Origin: Pyrodictium abyssi
GTDB taxonomy: Archaea; Thermoproteota; Thermoprotei_A; Sulfolobales; Pyrodictiaceae
Reading direction: 5' to 3'
Assembly: GCF_036323395.1 (NCBI RefSeq)
Contig: NZ_AP028907.1
Location: 2,040,001 to 2,072,000 of the forward strand
Length of the DNA: 32,000 bases
The number at the start of each line of letters is the position of its first letter. Positions within the stretch are counted from its first letter, which is position 1. Position numbers and translations under genes: made by a program. The notes beneath the pieces are model-generated. The model was not told the DNA's origin. It made no database searches and saw only the letters and a list, made by a program, of their open reading frames with translations. This document shows, piece after piece, positions 1 to 8,386 of the stretch.

Positions 1-467
1 GCGCGGTCCTTGCGGTCGGCCTCTAGCCGCGGCTCGCCTCCGGGGACGAGGCGGCCCCAGGGGTCGAAGGCTAGCGCAGGCGAGACCCAGTACTTTATGC
101 CGAGCTCCCGTGCGACGCGAGACACTACGACGTCTACCCCGCCGCTTACTAGCGCGGATTCTATCCCGGCCTCCCTGAGTATGCGTACAGCCTCGTAGGC
201 GTCGCGGTTTATGGGTACGCTGGAGAAGAGCTCCTCTAGGTCCCACCGGGTTATACCGGGCATAGCCTCTATCCACGCGAGCGTGTCGAGGAACATCCAC
301 TCCCAGTAGCCTATCTTGCCCTCCATGAAGAGGCGGTAGTTCAGCTCGCTCTCTCTGGTCGTGCCGGCGCGCTCGTGTATGTAGCCCCAGCTGCTGCGTA
401 TAGGCAGTATGACCCCGTCCACGTCGAAGGCTACGAGCCTTATCCGGCACCTACTGGGCTCGTGCAA
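1..467 (-). CDS. HAD-superfamily phosphatase (SerB-like), truncated at window start
   Basis: Manual minus-strand translation gives uninterrupted ...RIRLVAFDVDGVILPIRSSWGYIHERAG...EAVRILREAGIESALVSGGVDVVVSRVARELGIKYW..., with a DxDGV motif I and an 'alvSGG' motif II-like segment. Possible TTG start at 467. The ORF track lacks it because it runs off the window edge. Confidence 0.8.
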   Translation of the reverse strand, partial: MHEPSRCRIRLVAFDVDGVILPIRSSWGYIHERAGTTRESELNYRLFMEGKIGYWEWMFLDTLAWIEAMPGITRWDLEELFSSVPINRDAYEAVRILREAGIESALVSGGVDVVVSRVARELGIKYWVSPALAFDPWGRLVPGGEPRLEADRKDR

Positions 468-582
468 TGCCCGCCCCTCTACCCCTCCCCGTGGCCCCTA
501 TGCGCCCAGCTCTATGTGGCTGCCGCTACGCGTATCAAAGGGAGCCGGGCCCGCCTCTAGCCCCTGGAGGCGCGTAGCAGCC

Positions 583-1257
583 GTGAACCCCCTGCTTGCC
601 GTCCTCGTCCTCGCCCTAGTCTCGCTCCAGCTCCCCGCAGCTACAGACGCGCAGGACACGCCAGGCCCCGGAGACTACGCGGTCTACAGCGTCGAGGCGA
701 GCACCGGCGTAAAGCTGCAGGTGAGGGTGGACATACTTGATGCGGACGACGAGGGCTTCCTGGTAGAGACCCGCGTGGTGAATGCGAGCGGCGTAGGAGA
801 CCCAGTAGCCAGGCTCTTAGCCGGCGGGCTCGAAGGGAGGCACCGCATCCCCCGCGGCAACCGGGTAAACATGACAGCGCTTGTCATGCTCGGGGCGGGG
901 CCCGGTATACTCTACGTGGACCCCGGTAGCCTCCCAAATGGAGGTGTGGTGGAGAAGAGCCTCCGGTTCATGGGGGCGAAGCTAAGGATACGTGCAGCGT
1001 GGGACACAGGGAGCGGCTGGCTAAAGGCACCTAGCGGCCGATATCCGGGGTGCATCGAGGCGGCCCTACAGGCTCGAGGTAAGGCTCGTAGACTCCAGCT
1101 TCATGGACGCCACGAGGCCAACAAGCACCGGGTATTAATCCCTCCACAGCCTATACCTAACACGTATAGTGGAGGTAAGCCGCTTCCATGTCTACCCGTG
1201 TCTCCCGCTCCATCGCCCCCGTGGCCGTTAGCCTCCCCGGGAGCCTCTCCGGCGTAG
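583..1257 (+). CDS. Putative secreted protein, signal-peptide bearing, unknown function; C-terminus uncertain (possible frameshift)
   Basis: ORF 409..1257. An in-frame GTG at 583 starts a typical signal peptide, VNPLLAVLVLALVSLQLPAATDAQ. The region upstream of 583 overlaps the HAD gene antisense. Confidence 0.5.
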   Translation: MNPLLAVLVLALVSLQLPAATDAQDTPGPGDYAVYSVEASTGVKLQVRVDILDADDEGFLVETRVVNASGVGDPVARLLAGGLEGRHRIPRGNRVNMTALVMLGAGPGILYVDPGSLPNGGVVEKSLRFMGAKLRIRAAWDTGSGWLKAPSGRYPGCIEAALQARGKARRLQLHGRHEANKHRVLIPPQPIPNTYSGGKPLPCLPVSPAPSPPWPLASPGASPA

Positions 1258-2081
1258 CAGCTGTCGCGACCAGCCGCCCACAAGCCGTGGTCACGGTGGA
1301 GCAGCTCTCCGATAGGGGGATAGCCGTCGAGACCCAGGGCCCCCAGGGCCCAGCCCTACGCGCAGCCTACGAGGCCGCGAGGCTCCTCCTCGAGGCCCTG
1401 GGCGAGGAGGCCCAGCTACGCGTCACACTCGAGCTAGAGGAGCCCCTCATAAGCCCGGTCTCCTCAGCAGCGGCCGCTACGGCGGCGGCGCTCATAGAGC
1501 TCCTCGGGGTCGAGCCCGGCCCCCAGGAGCTAGCCCGCGTCCTAAACCGGGCCGTAGCGATAGCGTCCGGCAGGCCCCGCGCAGCGCTAACAGCAGCCGC
1601 CCTCCTCGGCGGCCTCGCCTCCGGCAGTGAGCAGCCGCCCTACTACGCGCGCCACCAGGTGGAGCCGCCGCGCTGGCGCATATACGTCGTCAAGCCCTGC
1701 AAGCCTCTAGCCGAGCCACCAGTACTCGTGTCCGCGGACCGGCTACTCCAGCTAAGCCAGGCAGCAGCCACCTTGCTAGCAGCAGCCGCTGTCGAGGGCT
1801 GGAACAACCGTCTAGCAAAGCTGATGGCGCAGGAGAGCCCATGGGACTACGCGGCCCCGGAGTATATCCGGCGTGCACGCACCGAGGCCCTCGAAGCAGG
1901 CGCAGTAGCCGCAGGCCTAGACCCCTACACCGGCGTACTCGTGGTTCTCGCAGAGGAGCCCGGGCCCGGCGAACGGGCAGCTGCCATACTAGAGGCGGCC
2001 CAGGGATGCCGGCCAGAACAGGTAGAGCTACAGGCGTCGGACAAGGGAGCACTGGTGCGCAGGGAGGCCGAGGAAGCCTAG
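1188..2081 (+). CDS. GHMP-kinase-like protein (archaeal small-molecule kinase superfamily)
   Basis: 297 aa. N-terminal SIAPVAVSLPGSLSGVAAVATS and central PLISPVSSAAAATAAALIELLG resemble GHMP N-terminal and motif-2 regions. Confidence 0.5.
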   Translation: MSTRVSRSIAPVAVSLPGSLSGVAAVATSRPQAVVTVEQLSDRGIAVETQGPQGPALRAAYEAARLLLEALGEEAQLRVTLELEEPLISPVSSAAAATAAALIELLGVEPGPQELARVLNRAVAIASGRPRAALTAAALLGGLASGSEQPPYYARHQVEPPRWRIYVVKPCKPLAEPPVLVSADRLLQLSQAAATLLAAAAVEGWNNRLAKLMAQESPWDYAAPEYIRRARTEALEAGAVAAGLDPYTGVLVVLAEEPGPGERAAAILEAAQGCRPEQVELQASDKGALVRREAEEA

Positions 2082-2212
2082 CTCCGCGCCCCCGCTACAC
2101 CACGGCGCTCGTACGGGCCCCTGTCCTGCACCTTCTACGCAATAAGCCCGGGCAAGCCAGAAATACTCGCCCCTTGTACCTAGATGGTAGTATCTAGCTT
2201 CTCGCCGGAAGG

Positions 2213-2479
2213 GTGTGTCCGTGGGTCTTGGCCCGTATAATTATATACACGCGCAAGGCCCCAGTCCTCGTAAAGGATAGCCGCGGGGTAACAGTCGCAG
2301 CCATCTGTATGTGCGGGCTCAGCAAGAAATACCCATACTGCGACGGCAGCCACATAAAGACACAGGACGAGGAAGAAGGCAAGATCTACATATACGATGC
2401 ACAGGGAACCCGCATAGGCGAGATACCCGAGGAAAAAGCCAAGAAGCTGCTAGGAACAGAGAACCCCCGCACGGTTTAG
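2213..2479 (+). CDS. CDGSH iron-sulfur domain protein
   Basis: 88 aa containing CMCGLSKKYPYCDGSH, the CXCX2(S/T)X3PXCDG(S/A/T)H cluster-binding motif. Confidence 0.9.
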   Translation: MCPWVLARIIIYTRKAPVLVKDSRGVTVAAICMCGLSKKYPYCDGSHIKTQDEEEGKIYIYDAQGTRIGEIPEEKAKKLLGTENPRTV

Positions 2480-2655
2480 CCACCGCCCTAGCCCCACGCC
2501 ATCTAGCCGGACAACGGCTATCACTCTCAGCTTCTTTCCATTGGAGCACCCTGCCCACCGGCATAGCGCACAGCAGCTACACAGGGCACCATGCACACAT
2601 AGCGCTGTGCAGAGCACCCCGGGCCCGAAGTCCCCGGGAGCCAAGGGATGCAGCA

Positions 2656-3342
2656 TTGACCCAGCAGCGGCTAAAGCTGGTACTCCTCGAATCACCGCTC
2701 GAGCTCGTGCCGAGAGAGCTATGGAGCCACCCCCAGGTAGCCTCGACAGCCAGGAAGTACGGAGCCAAGCCAGGCGAGATGCTCCTCGACAAGAGGCTAC
2801 ACTACCACGCCATGGCCAGCCTCCCGCAGAAGTGGAAGAGAGGACGCCCAGACATAGTATACATAACACTAATGCTGCTCATAGACTCGCTACTCAACCT
2901 CAAAGGCCACCTAGAGCTCTACATACACGTATACGACGGGCGCGTATTCGCCGTACACCCAGAGCTACGCCCACCAAGACACTACGAAGGCTTTAAGAGG
3001 ATCATGTCCCAGCTACTAGCCTACAACAAGGTACCACCCGGCGCAGACAAGCCACTCCTATGGCTCGAAGCCAACAGCCTAAAGGAATTCGTAGACCGGC
3101 ACGGCCGGATCATACTGCTATGGGAGCACGGCAAGCCAGCAACACCAGACACCGTGGTTGCGGACGCGCTCGAGTCTGGGCTCCCACTGGGCATCGGTAT
3201 GTTCCCCCGAGGAGACTTCAGGAAAACCACGCTAAGGAAGACGGCAAGAGCCTACAGCCTCGCCCAGGGAAGCCCGCTAAAATCGTGGACGGTCGCGCAC
3301 CTACTACTCTGCGCAGCCGAGAAACGGCTTCAACTCCTCTAG
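2656..3342 (+). CDS. nep1: 16S rRNA N1-methylpseudouridine methyltransferase Nep1/Emg1 family
   Basis: Within ORF 2311..3342. The homologous part begins at an in-frame TTG (2656): TQQRLKLVLLESPLELVP...KRLHYHAMASLPQKWKRGRPDIVYITLMLLIDSLLNLKGHLELYIHVYDGRVFAVHPELRPPRHYEGFKRIMSQLL, characteristic of Nep1. Confidence 0.85.
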   Translation: MTQQRLKLVLLESPLELVPRELWSHPQVASTARKYGAKPGEMLLDKRLHYHAMASLPQKWKRGRPDIVYITLMLLIDSLLNLKGHLELYIHVYDGRVFAVHPELRPPRHYEGFKRIMSQLLAYNKVPPGADKPLLWLEANSLKEFVDRHGRIILLWEHGKPATPDTVVADALESGLPLGIGMFPRGDFRKTTLRKTARAYSLAQGSPLKSWTVAHLLLCAAEKRLQLL

Positions 3343-3418
3343 GCCCCGGCAGGGACGAAGCCAGGTGTACCCGGGGGCTAGCTACGTGCATGATGCCCTT
3401 GGGGCGAAAACAACCTAG

Positions 3419-4003
3419 CTACCTAGCTGTGCACAGCCGCTGCTTCAGCTCGTCCAGTGCCTTGCTGTGCTCCTGTGTCCACAGCGCCTTGTCCTCTAGC
3501 TTTGGCTTGACTCTGTCCTCTATGAGTGATGTCAGCTGCTCTAGCAGGAGGATGATGTCGGTGGCTGCGCTCTCCCGGCTCGGGTAGCCGGAGAACTCCC
3601 CGGCAGGGTCTGGGCCATTATACTGGTAGGAGTGCAGCTCCCGCGCCATGCTAGTAGCTTGGCTGAGCCCATGGTAGCCTAGCTGTTCTAGCAGCTGTGC
3701 TAACGGCTTAAGCCGGGACGACGGTATAAGGGGTATAGCCCTCTCCTCCAGCCATTTTCTCTGCTCCTTGCCCAGCTTCTCCGCAATCCTGTCCTTCTCC
3801 AGGGCCAGCAGTGTCCCGAGCAGCGCCCTCCACGCCTGGAACGCTTTCCCCGCAGCGTTCCTGGTGTAGCCATGCTCGAGGAACTCTAGGGCCAGTAGTC
3901 CTTCTAGCAGTGCTTCTAGGGCCCGGGCAGCTGCGTAGCCTAGCCGGTTTCTCCTCGGCTTCGGTAATGGCTTGTCGAGCACAGTTGCGTCGAGAGAGCC
4001 CAC
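3419..4003 (-). CDS. PaREP1-like family protein
   Basis: 194 aa helical protein with ALEALLEGLLALEFLEHGYTRNAAGKAFQAWRALLGTLLALE, resembling the PaREP1 family of crenarchaea. Confidence 0.6.
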   Translation of the reverse strand: MGSLDATVLDKPLPKPRRNRLGYAAARALEALLEGLLALEFLEHGYTRNAAGKAFQAWRALLGTLLALEKDRIAEKLGKEQRKWLEERAIPLIPSSRLKPLAQLLEQLGYHGLSQATSMARELHSYQYNGPDPAGEFSGYPSRESAATDIILLLEQLTSLIEDRVKPKLEDKALWTQEHSKALDELKQRLCTAR

Positions 4004-4304
4004 GCCTGGTGCAGCCCCTCTACGGGGCTAAGGGTGCAACCGGTGCATATAACGCTTTAACCTCCTGTTGCAGCTCTTTACTGCGCCTACCGCGTTGCGC
4101 ACCGCAGGCTTCTACTGGCTAGGTTGTACCCAGCTTAGTGCCTGGCACATTCGGCTCTACGTGTGGTGGAGGCCCTGGTGGCTGCATCTCCGCGGGGCTA
4201 TGCTGGAGCAGGCGCGTAGTAGGGGGTGGTACGGCGTCTCGTGCGAAATAGAAGCTTTTTTAGTCTAGGCCTTCCGCGCGCCCTGCGGCGGAGAGGAATT
4301 TGCT

Positions 4305-5957
4305 ATGGGCCGGCTATGCAGCACGCTAGTAATACTGCTCCTCTTTTCAATGCTTTCGTTCGCGGCGCACGCGGGGACCTCAGAGGGTCAGCAGCCACTT
4401 GTAATGGCTGTGAACACAAGCTCAAACGTGATAGACGTCGATCTTTTCGATGCGGTTCTCATGACCCTGTCTGATAACGGCGTGGTTGAGATCTACAACA
4501 TTACCAGCGCTGGGCTTATCATGGTAGCCGAGACTAACCTAAGCGCTATTCATCCACGTGCTGTAGCGATTGCTGGCTGGGGGCTCTTGCTCGTCTGCAG
4601 CGAGAACGGCAGCATATACCTGGTCAACCCCGATGGGGGCCGCGTAGTGGACGTGTACAGGGGGCCAGCCTTTGGGCCCCTAAGGGACTGTGGGAGGGAG
4701 TGTATCCACCTAGGTGGAGGTGTTGTAGTGTTCAACGACTCTGTCGTGGTCCTTGATGTCGCGAGTAACGGGCTGGAAGAGACAGCCGTAGCCAGTAACT
4801 ACGGGGTTCTAGGGAGCTGGGACGCCTCGCTAATCGCGGCGGAACCCTATGTGGGCCTATCGCTGCTCTACGGTCAGCAGCCTCTAAAAGGCCCAGTAGT
4901 AGCGTACCTGGGTACGCGTGCTGGCGGCCTCGTAGCCGGGGCCTACGGGGCATTGACCTTCTCGCACGAGTCGATTCAGGTCAACTCCTCGCTCATAGGG
5001 GATGGTGTGGTCTGCGGGCTCTCTGTAGCGTCCGGCGCCTACTGGACACCGGAGTACATGGCGATAAGCATCAGCAGGGAGGGAGAGGGGCTAGTCCTGC
5101 TATACGAGCTGCCCGAGGTCGTCGGCGCAGGTGGCGGCATAAACCCCGTAGGTGCTGTGGCCATAGATGATGGAGTAGCCTCGGCTGCTTGGGTAGGGCG
5201 GCATAGCCTGGCCGTGGTGAGCCCGCAGGGAGCACTCTACATAGTCCAGGTACCCGGGAGCACTGTGGTAGAGAAGCATCAGCTCGGTATACCCCTCAAA
5301 GCTTGCACGGCTGCAGCCGTAGACGAGAAGTACGGCCTCCTCGCACTAGTAGGAAGAGACAATAGGGTATACATAGTCAGGCTCGGAGACAAGGAGCTGC
5401 CGCAGCCACCAAGCCACAGCGGAGAGGAGGCAACATCCCAGGCACCGGCGGCGCTAGACGGAGCTGGGGAAGCAGCCGGGGACACAGCCACTCCAAGCGA
5501 GACGCCCGCAGCCGAGACAACCCAGACTACAACCCACGCTACGGGCCCCACAACTGGGGCTCCGACCCCTAGAAACAGCCAAGCAGCGCAAACCACGACA
5601 ACAAAAACACATGCAGCAACAGTTACCGCGAGAACAGTAGCCAAGACAAGCCAGGCCAGCAAAGCGCGGGAAACGAGCCCAGAGGCGGAGTCCATCACAG
5701 CCACCGCCACTGAGGCACAGATGGCTACCGCTACACAGACACAGCACGGGCAGGGTGCGATCACTACAACACAGCAGAGCAGTAGTGGTATTGTGACGAG
5801 CAGCAGTCGGGAGGCAACCAGCGCCGCCAAGACAGAGCCAATAGGGCCCAATGGGGCTGAGACCGCTGGGCCCGGGCAGCAGTCCCTACCCCTATCAGCA
5901 GCTTTAGCGGTAGCAGTGGTAGCGCTCATACTCATGGCTGGCAGGCGAGTTCGGTAG
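4305..5957 (+). CDS. Secreted, C-terminally membrane-anchored beta-propeller-like protein with Thr/Ser/Ala-rich stalk
   Basis: 550 aa: N-terminal signal (MGRLCSTLVILLLFSMLSFAAHA), repeated propeller-like blades (SENGSIYLVNPDGGRVVDVY, VSPQGALYIVQVPGSTVVEKH, LVGRDNRVYIVRLGDK), Thr-rich linker, C-terminal LPLSAALAVAVVALILMAGRRVR. Confidence 0.65.
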   Translation: MGRLCSTLVILLLFSMLSFAAHAGTSEGQQPLVMAVNTSSNVIDVDLFDAVLMTLSDNGVVEIYNITSAGLIMVAETNLSAIHPRAVAIAGWGLLLVCSENGSIYLVNPDGGRVVDVYRGPAFGPLRDCGRECIHLGGGVVVFNDSVVVLDVASNGLEETAVASNYGVLGSWDASLIAAEPYVGLSLLYGQQPLKGPVVAYLGTRAGGLVAGAYGALTFSHESIQVNSSLIGDGVVCGLSVASGAYWTPEYMAISISREGEGLVLLYELPEVVGAGGGINPVGAVAIDDGVASAAWVGRHSLAVVSPQGALYIVQVPGSTVVEKHQLGIPLKACTAAAVDEKYGLLALVGRDNRVYIVRLGDKELPQPPSHSGEEATSQAPAALDGAGEAAGDTATPSETPAAETTQTTTHATGPTTGAPTPRNSQAAQTTTTKTHAATVTARTVAKTSQASKARETSPEAESITATATEAQMATATQTQHGQGAITTTQQSSSGIVTSSSREATSAAKTEPIGPNGAETAGPGQQSLPLSAALAVAVVALILMAGRRVR

Positions 5958-6094
5958 CAGCCCCTTCTCGCTCCCGCTGCGCAGTCAATCCAGGGACCGG
6001 AGACAAGGCGTCCTCGCGGCCTTTTAGCAGACGGCGGGCTGCTTCGCCGGCTGCCTTCTCTTATGCAGGGGAAGGGGCTGCAGAGTAGAGGGGT

Positions 6095-6173
6095 TGGTGC
6101 GGCGGCCGGGATTTGAACCCGGGATCACCGGCTTGGGAGGCCGGCGTCCTAGTCCAGGCTAGACGACCGCCGC
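6095..6173 (-). tRNA. tRNA-Gly (anticodon CCC), 3' CCA encoded
   Basis: Reverse complement GCGGCGG-TC-GTCTAGCCTGGACTAGGAC-G-CCGGC-CTCCCAA-GCCGG-TGATC-CCGGG-TTCAAAT-CCCGG-CCGCCGC-A-CCA folds into a full cloverleaf (7 bp acceptor, 5 bp anticodon stem, 5 bp T stem). Confidence 0.96.
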
Positions 6174-6238
6174 GCCCTTCTGGGCCCGCAGTGCTTGGCC
6201 CGGCCGCTCCATTGGAGTTTCTCCCCGTTGGGTCCGGG

Positions 6239-6247
6239 TTTATAGGG
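6239..6247 (-). promoter_or_regulatory. Possible archaeal TATA element upstream of tRNA-Gly
   Basis: Plus-strand 'gtttatagg' (minus 'CCTATAAAC') lies upstream of the tRNA 5' end. A TSS about 25 nt downstream would give a short leader. Confidence 0.25.
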
Positions 6248-6288
6248 TTTCCCTGGGGCCTGGCTGTCCCCCGGGGTGTGGGTCTGGG

Positions 6289-6873
6289 TTGAGTGTTGAG
6301 CGGATACGCGCCTTCATAGCGGTCGATATCGAGGAGCCTAGTGTGGTTTCGCGGCTAGTGCAGATACGCGACGCGTTCGTCGCTACTGGTGCCCCTATGA
6401 AGCCTGTTGAGGACCATAACATGCATATTACGCTCCGGTTCCTCGGGAACATACCGTTTAGCCTCGTGGACGAGATTGAGCGTGTGATTGCCGCGTCTGC
6501 TCCCCGGCGTGTCGTGTTGAGGCTCCGGGGTGTGGGCGCGTTCCCGAGCCCGGTAAGGCCCCGTGTGATATGGGTTGGGGTCTCGGAGGGCGCGGGGGAG
6601 CTCGAGCGCATCTATAGGGAGATAGAGAAGGGGCTACGGCGGCTCGGGTTCCGGCCGGAGCGGGAGCAGTTCGTGCCGCATGTGACGCTTGCCCGGCTCA
6701 AGGGGTCGCGGAACCTTGAGCGCGTCGTGAAGCTGCTGCGGGAGATGGAGGACGTAGAGGTCGGGGAGATTGTGCTGGAGAGCGTGAGGCTCAAGCAGAG
6801 CATACTGACGCCGAGGGGCCCGATCTACCGGACGCTACGCGAGGTGAAGGCCGCCGAGGCTGCCGAGTCCTAG
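6289..6873 (+). CDS. thpR: RNA 2',3'-cyclic phosphodiesterase / 2'-5' RNA ligase family
   Basis: 194 aa, FIAVDIEEPSVVSRL, and two HxTL motifs (HITLRFLG and HVTLARLKG). Confidence 0.93.
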   Translation: MSVERIRAFIAVDIEEPSVVSRLVQIRDAFVATGAPMKPVEDHNMHITLRFLGNIPFSLVDEIERVIAASAPRRVVLRLRGVGAFPSPVRPRVIWVGVSEGAGELERIYREIEKGLRRLGFRPEREQFVPHVTLARLKGSRNLERVVKLLREMEDVEVGEIVLESVRLKQSILTPRGPIYRTLREVKAAEAAES

Positions 6874-7484
6874 GACCTGCTCTATAAGCCGCCTAGTGAG
6901 CGACTAAGAGTAGAAGGCGGTGTTAGGGTGCCTAAGACCCGCTTTCTATCCCCACCTATGGTGTTTATGATGTGAGTGGGTTTGGATTTCGCAGGTGGTG
7001 CGGACTATTATTGTTACTATTCCCGCCATTCTAATCGCAGACTCTCAAGTAGTAGCTATGGGCTGTGAATCCCCGCTAGTACTCACGTACCACCATGTAC
7101 AGCGTTTGTATAGGGGACGTATATCCTTACATTTTATCTTACTCATGGTGTAATGTTCCACGACTCATGCTATAAGATGTGAGGCACCAAGACATTGGTT
7201 AGCATGAAGTCTAACAAGATAAACGTAAAAGACAAATAGATTAGAGTCTACAAGATCTCACCATGTTATTCAAAATTCATATAGAGATTTAAGACGTCGG
7301 GTAGCGAGTTGGGGTGGCTGCATTCCGGCCCTTCAGCGGAAGAAGGACTCCTCTAAGTTTTAATGAGCCTACAGTTGCCAGTAATCCTCGGCAACTTTTT
7401 GTGAATCTGGTATGGCTTTTGGGCTGTGTATGGGCCCTATGAGCGTTTTAGGACTATTGTAGCGGCGTGTAGTGTGAAGCGTCG

Positions 7485-7844
7485 TTGTCTACTCTATTCA
7501 AGGATTCTAATAGTATTTCTCTAATAGGCTCTGGTAGATTTATCAACCTGTCTGATGCCAGGTTAGTTTCTGAATTGGTGGTTCGTCTGACCGGACTACG
7601 GACCAAGGTTAGGGTTGGTAGGCGTGGGGTCATAGTGATCCCTAAGGGTATTCGTGAGAGGCTCGGAATAGTGGAAGGTATGGTTCTCGAGCTGAGTGTT
7701 GAGGGTGACAGGATAGTTCTCCGTGCTAAGGATTTGTGGAGTGAGCTGAGAGAACGTGGTAAGAGGCTCAGAGTGAACATTGACGAAGCTGAGAAGGAAC
7801 TCGATGAGGATGAGGAGCGTTGGGTAGAAAGGCTAGAGCAGTAG
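7485..7844 (+). CDS. vapB: AbrB/MazE-type antitoxin (VapB-like)
   Basis: LRTKVRVGRRGVIVIPKGIRERLGIVEGMVLELSVEGDRIVLRAK is a swapped-hairpin AbrB domain. The true start may be internal (for example about 7575). Confidence 0.85.
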   Translation: MSTLFKDSNSISLIGSGRFINLSDARLVSELVVRLTGLRTKVRVGRRGVIVIPKGIRERLGIVEGMVLELSVEGDRIVLRAKDLWSELRERGKRLRVNIDEAEKELDEDEERWVERLEQ

Positions 7845-8272
7845 TAGACACCTACGCTATTATCGCTGACTTGACCGGCCAGGCTACGTCAAGAGCCGCC
7901 GAACTCCTCGAAGGAGTAAGGCTTGGAAGCATCGAGGGAATTCTGCACTATCTCGTAGTCTATGAGCTCTCCTACCACTGGAGGAGGGGCCGGCTACCTT
8001 TCAGAGATGAGGAGGAGTTACTGGATTTCATAGACTCGTATTTTACCGTAAAGGCGTTGGATAATGTTATCGCGGTAAAGGCTTCGGGGGTAAAGCTTCT
8101 CGGAGATCAGTTGCTAGCAAAAGCCGAGGACCCAAGGCTTCGCCGAAGGAGACTATCTGTAGCAGATGCAACAACGATAGCTATAGCCATGATGGAGAAC
8201 GCACCCATAGTAACAGGGGACGCCGACTTATCCTACGTCGCAAGAAATCTAGGCATTGGTATTATCTGGTAA
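7820..8272 (+). CDS. vapC: PIN-domain toxin (VapC-like ribonuclease)
   Basis: MGRKARAVVDTYAIIADLTG... with downstream acidic residues (YELSYHWRRG, LSVADATTIAIA, PIVTGDADLSYVARNLGI) as in PIN domains. Overlaps the antitoxin gene by 25 nt. Confidence 0.9.
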   Translation: MGRKARAVVDTYAIIADLTGQATSRAAELLEGVRLGSIEGILHYLVVYELSYHWRRGRLPFRDEEELLDFIDSYFTVKALDNVIAVKASGVKLLGDQLLAKAEDPRLRRRRLSVADATTIAIAMMENAPIVTGDADLSYVARNLGIGIIW

Positions 8273-8337
8273 CGACATTGCGCTAAGCTATTTGATCTAA
8301 GCTAGTATATTGTAGAGTTTGATGATCTATAAGGAGC

Positions 8338-8386
8338 GGTCCTCCAAGCCAGTGATTCCGGGGTTCAAAATCCCGACCGCCGCACC
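8338..8386 (+). pseudogene. Degenerate 3' fragment of a tRNA-Gly-like gene (possible attachment-site scar)
   Basis: GGTCCTCCAAGCCAGTGATTCCGGGGTTCAAAATCCCGACCGCCGCACC aligns by eye with the 3' part of the window's tRNA-Gly, GGCCTCCCAAGCCGGTGATCCCGGGTTCAAATCCCGGCCGCCGCACC, at about 41 of 49 columns with two 1-nt insertions. No D-arm or 5' acceptor is visible upstream. Confidence 0.75.

Noticed and set aside
2311-2655. N-terminal extension of the Nep1 ORF upstream of 2656
   Set aside because: Overlaps the CDGSH gene in another frame and has Arg/His/Pro-rich non-protein-like composition; homology begins at TTG 2656.
7454-7780. Minus-strand 108-aa ORF
   Set aside because: Antisense to the AbrB-domain gene, Ser/Leu/Pro-rich, no recognisable domain.
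6095-8386. tRNA-Gly and 8338 fragment as a direct attL/attR pair
   Set aside because: The two copies are in opposite orientation, which is inconsistent with simple site-specific integration into this tRNA.
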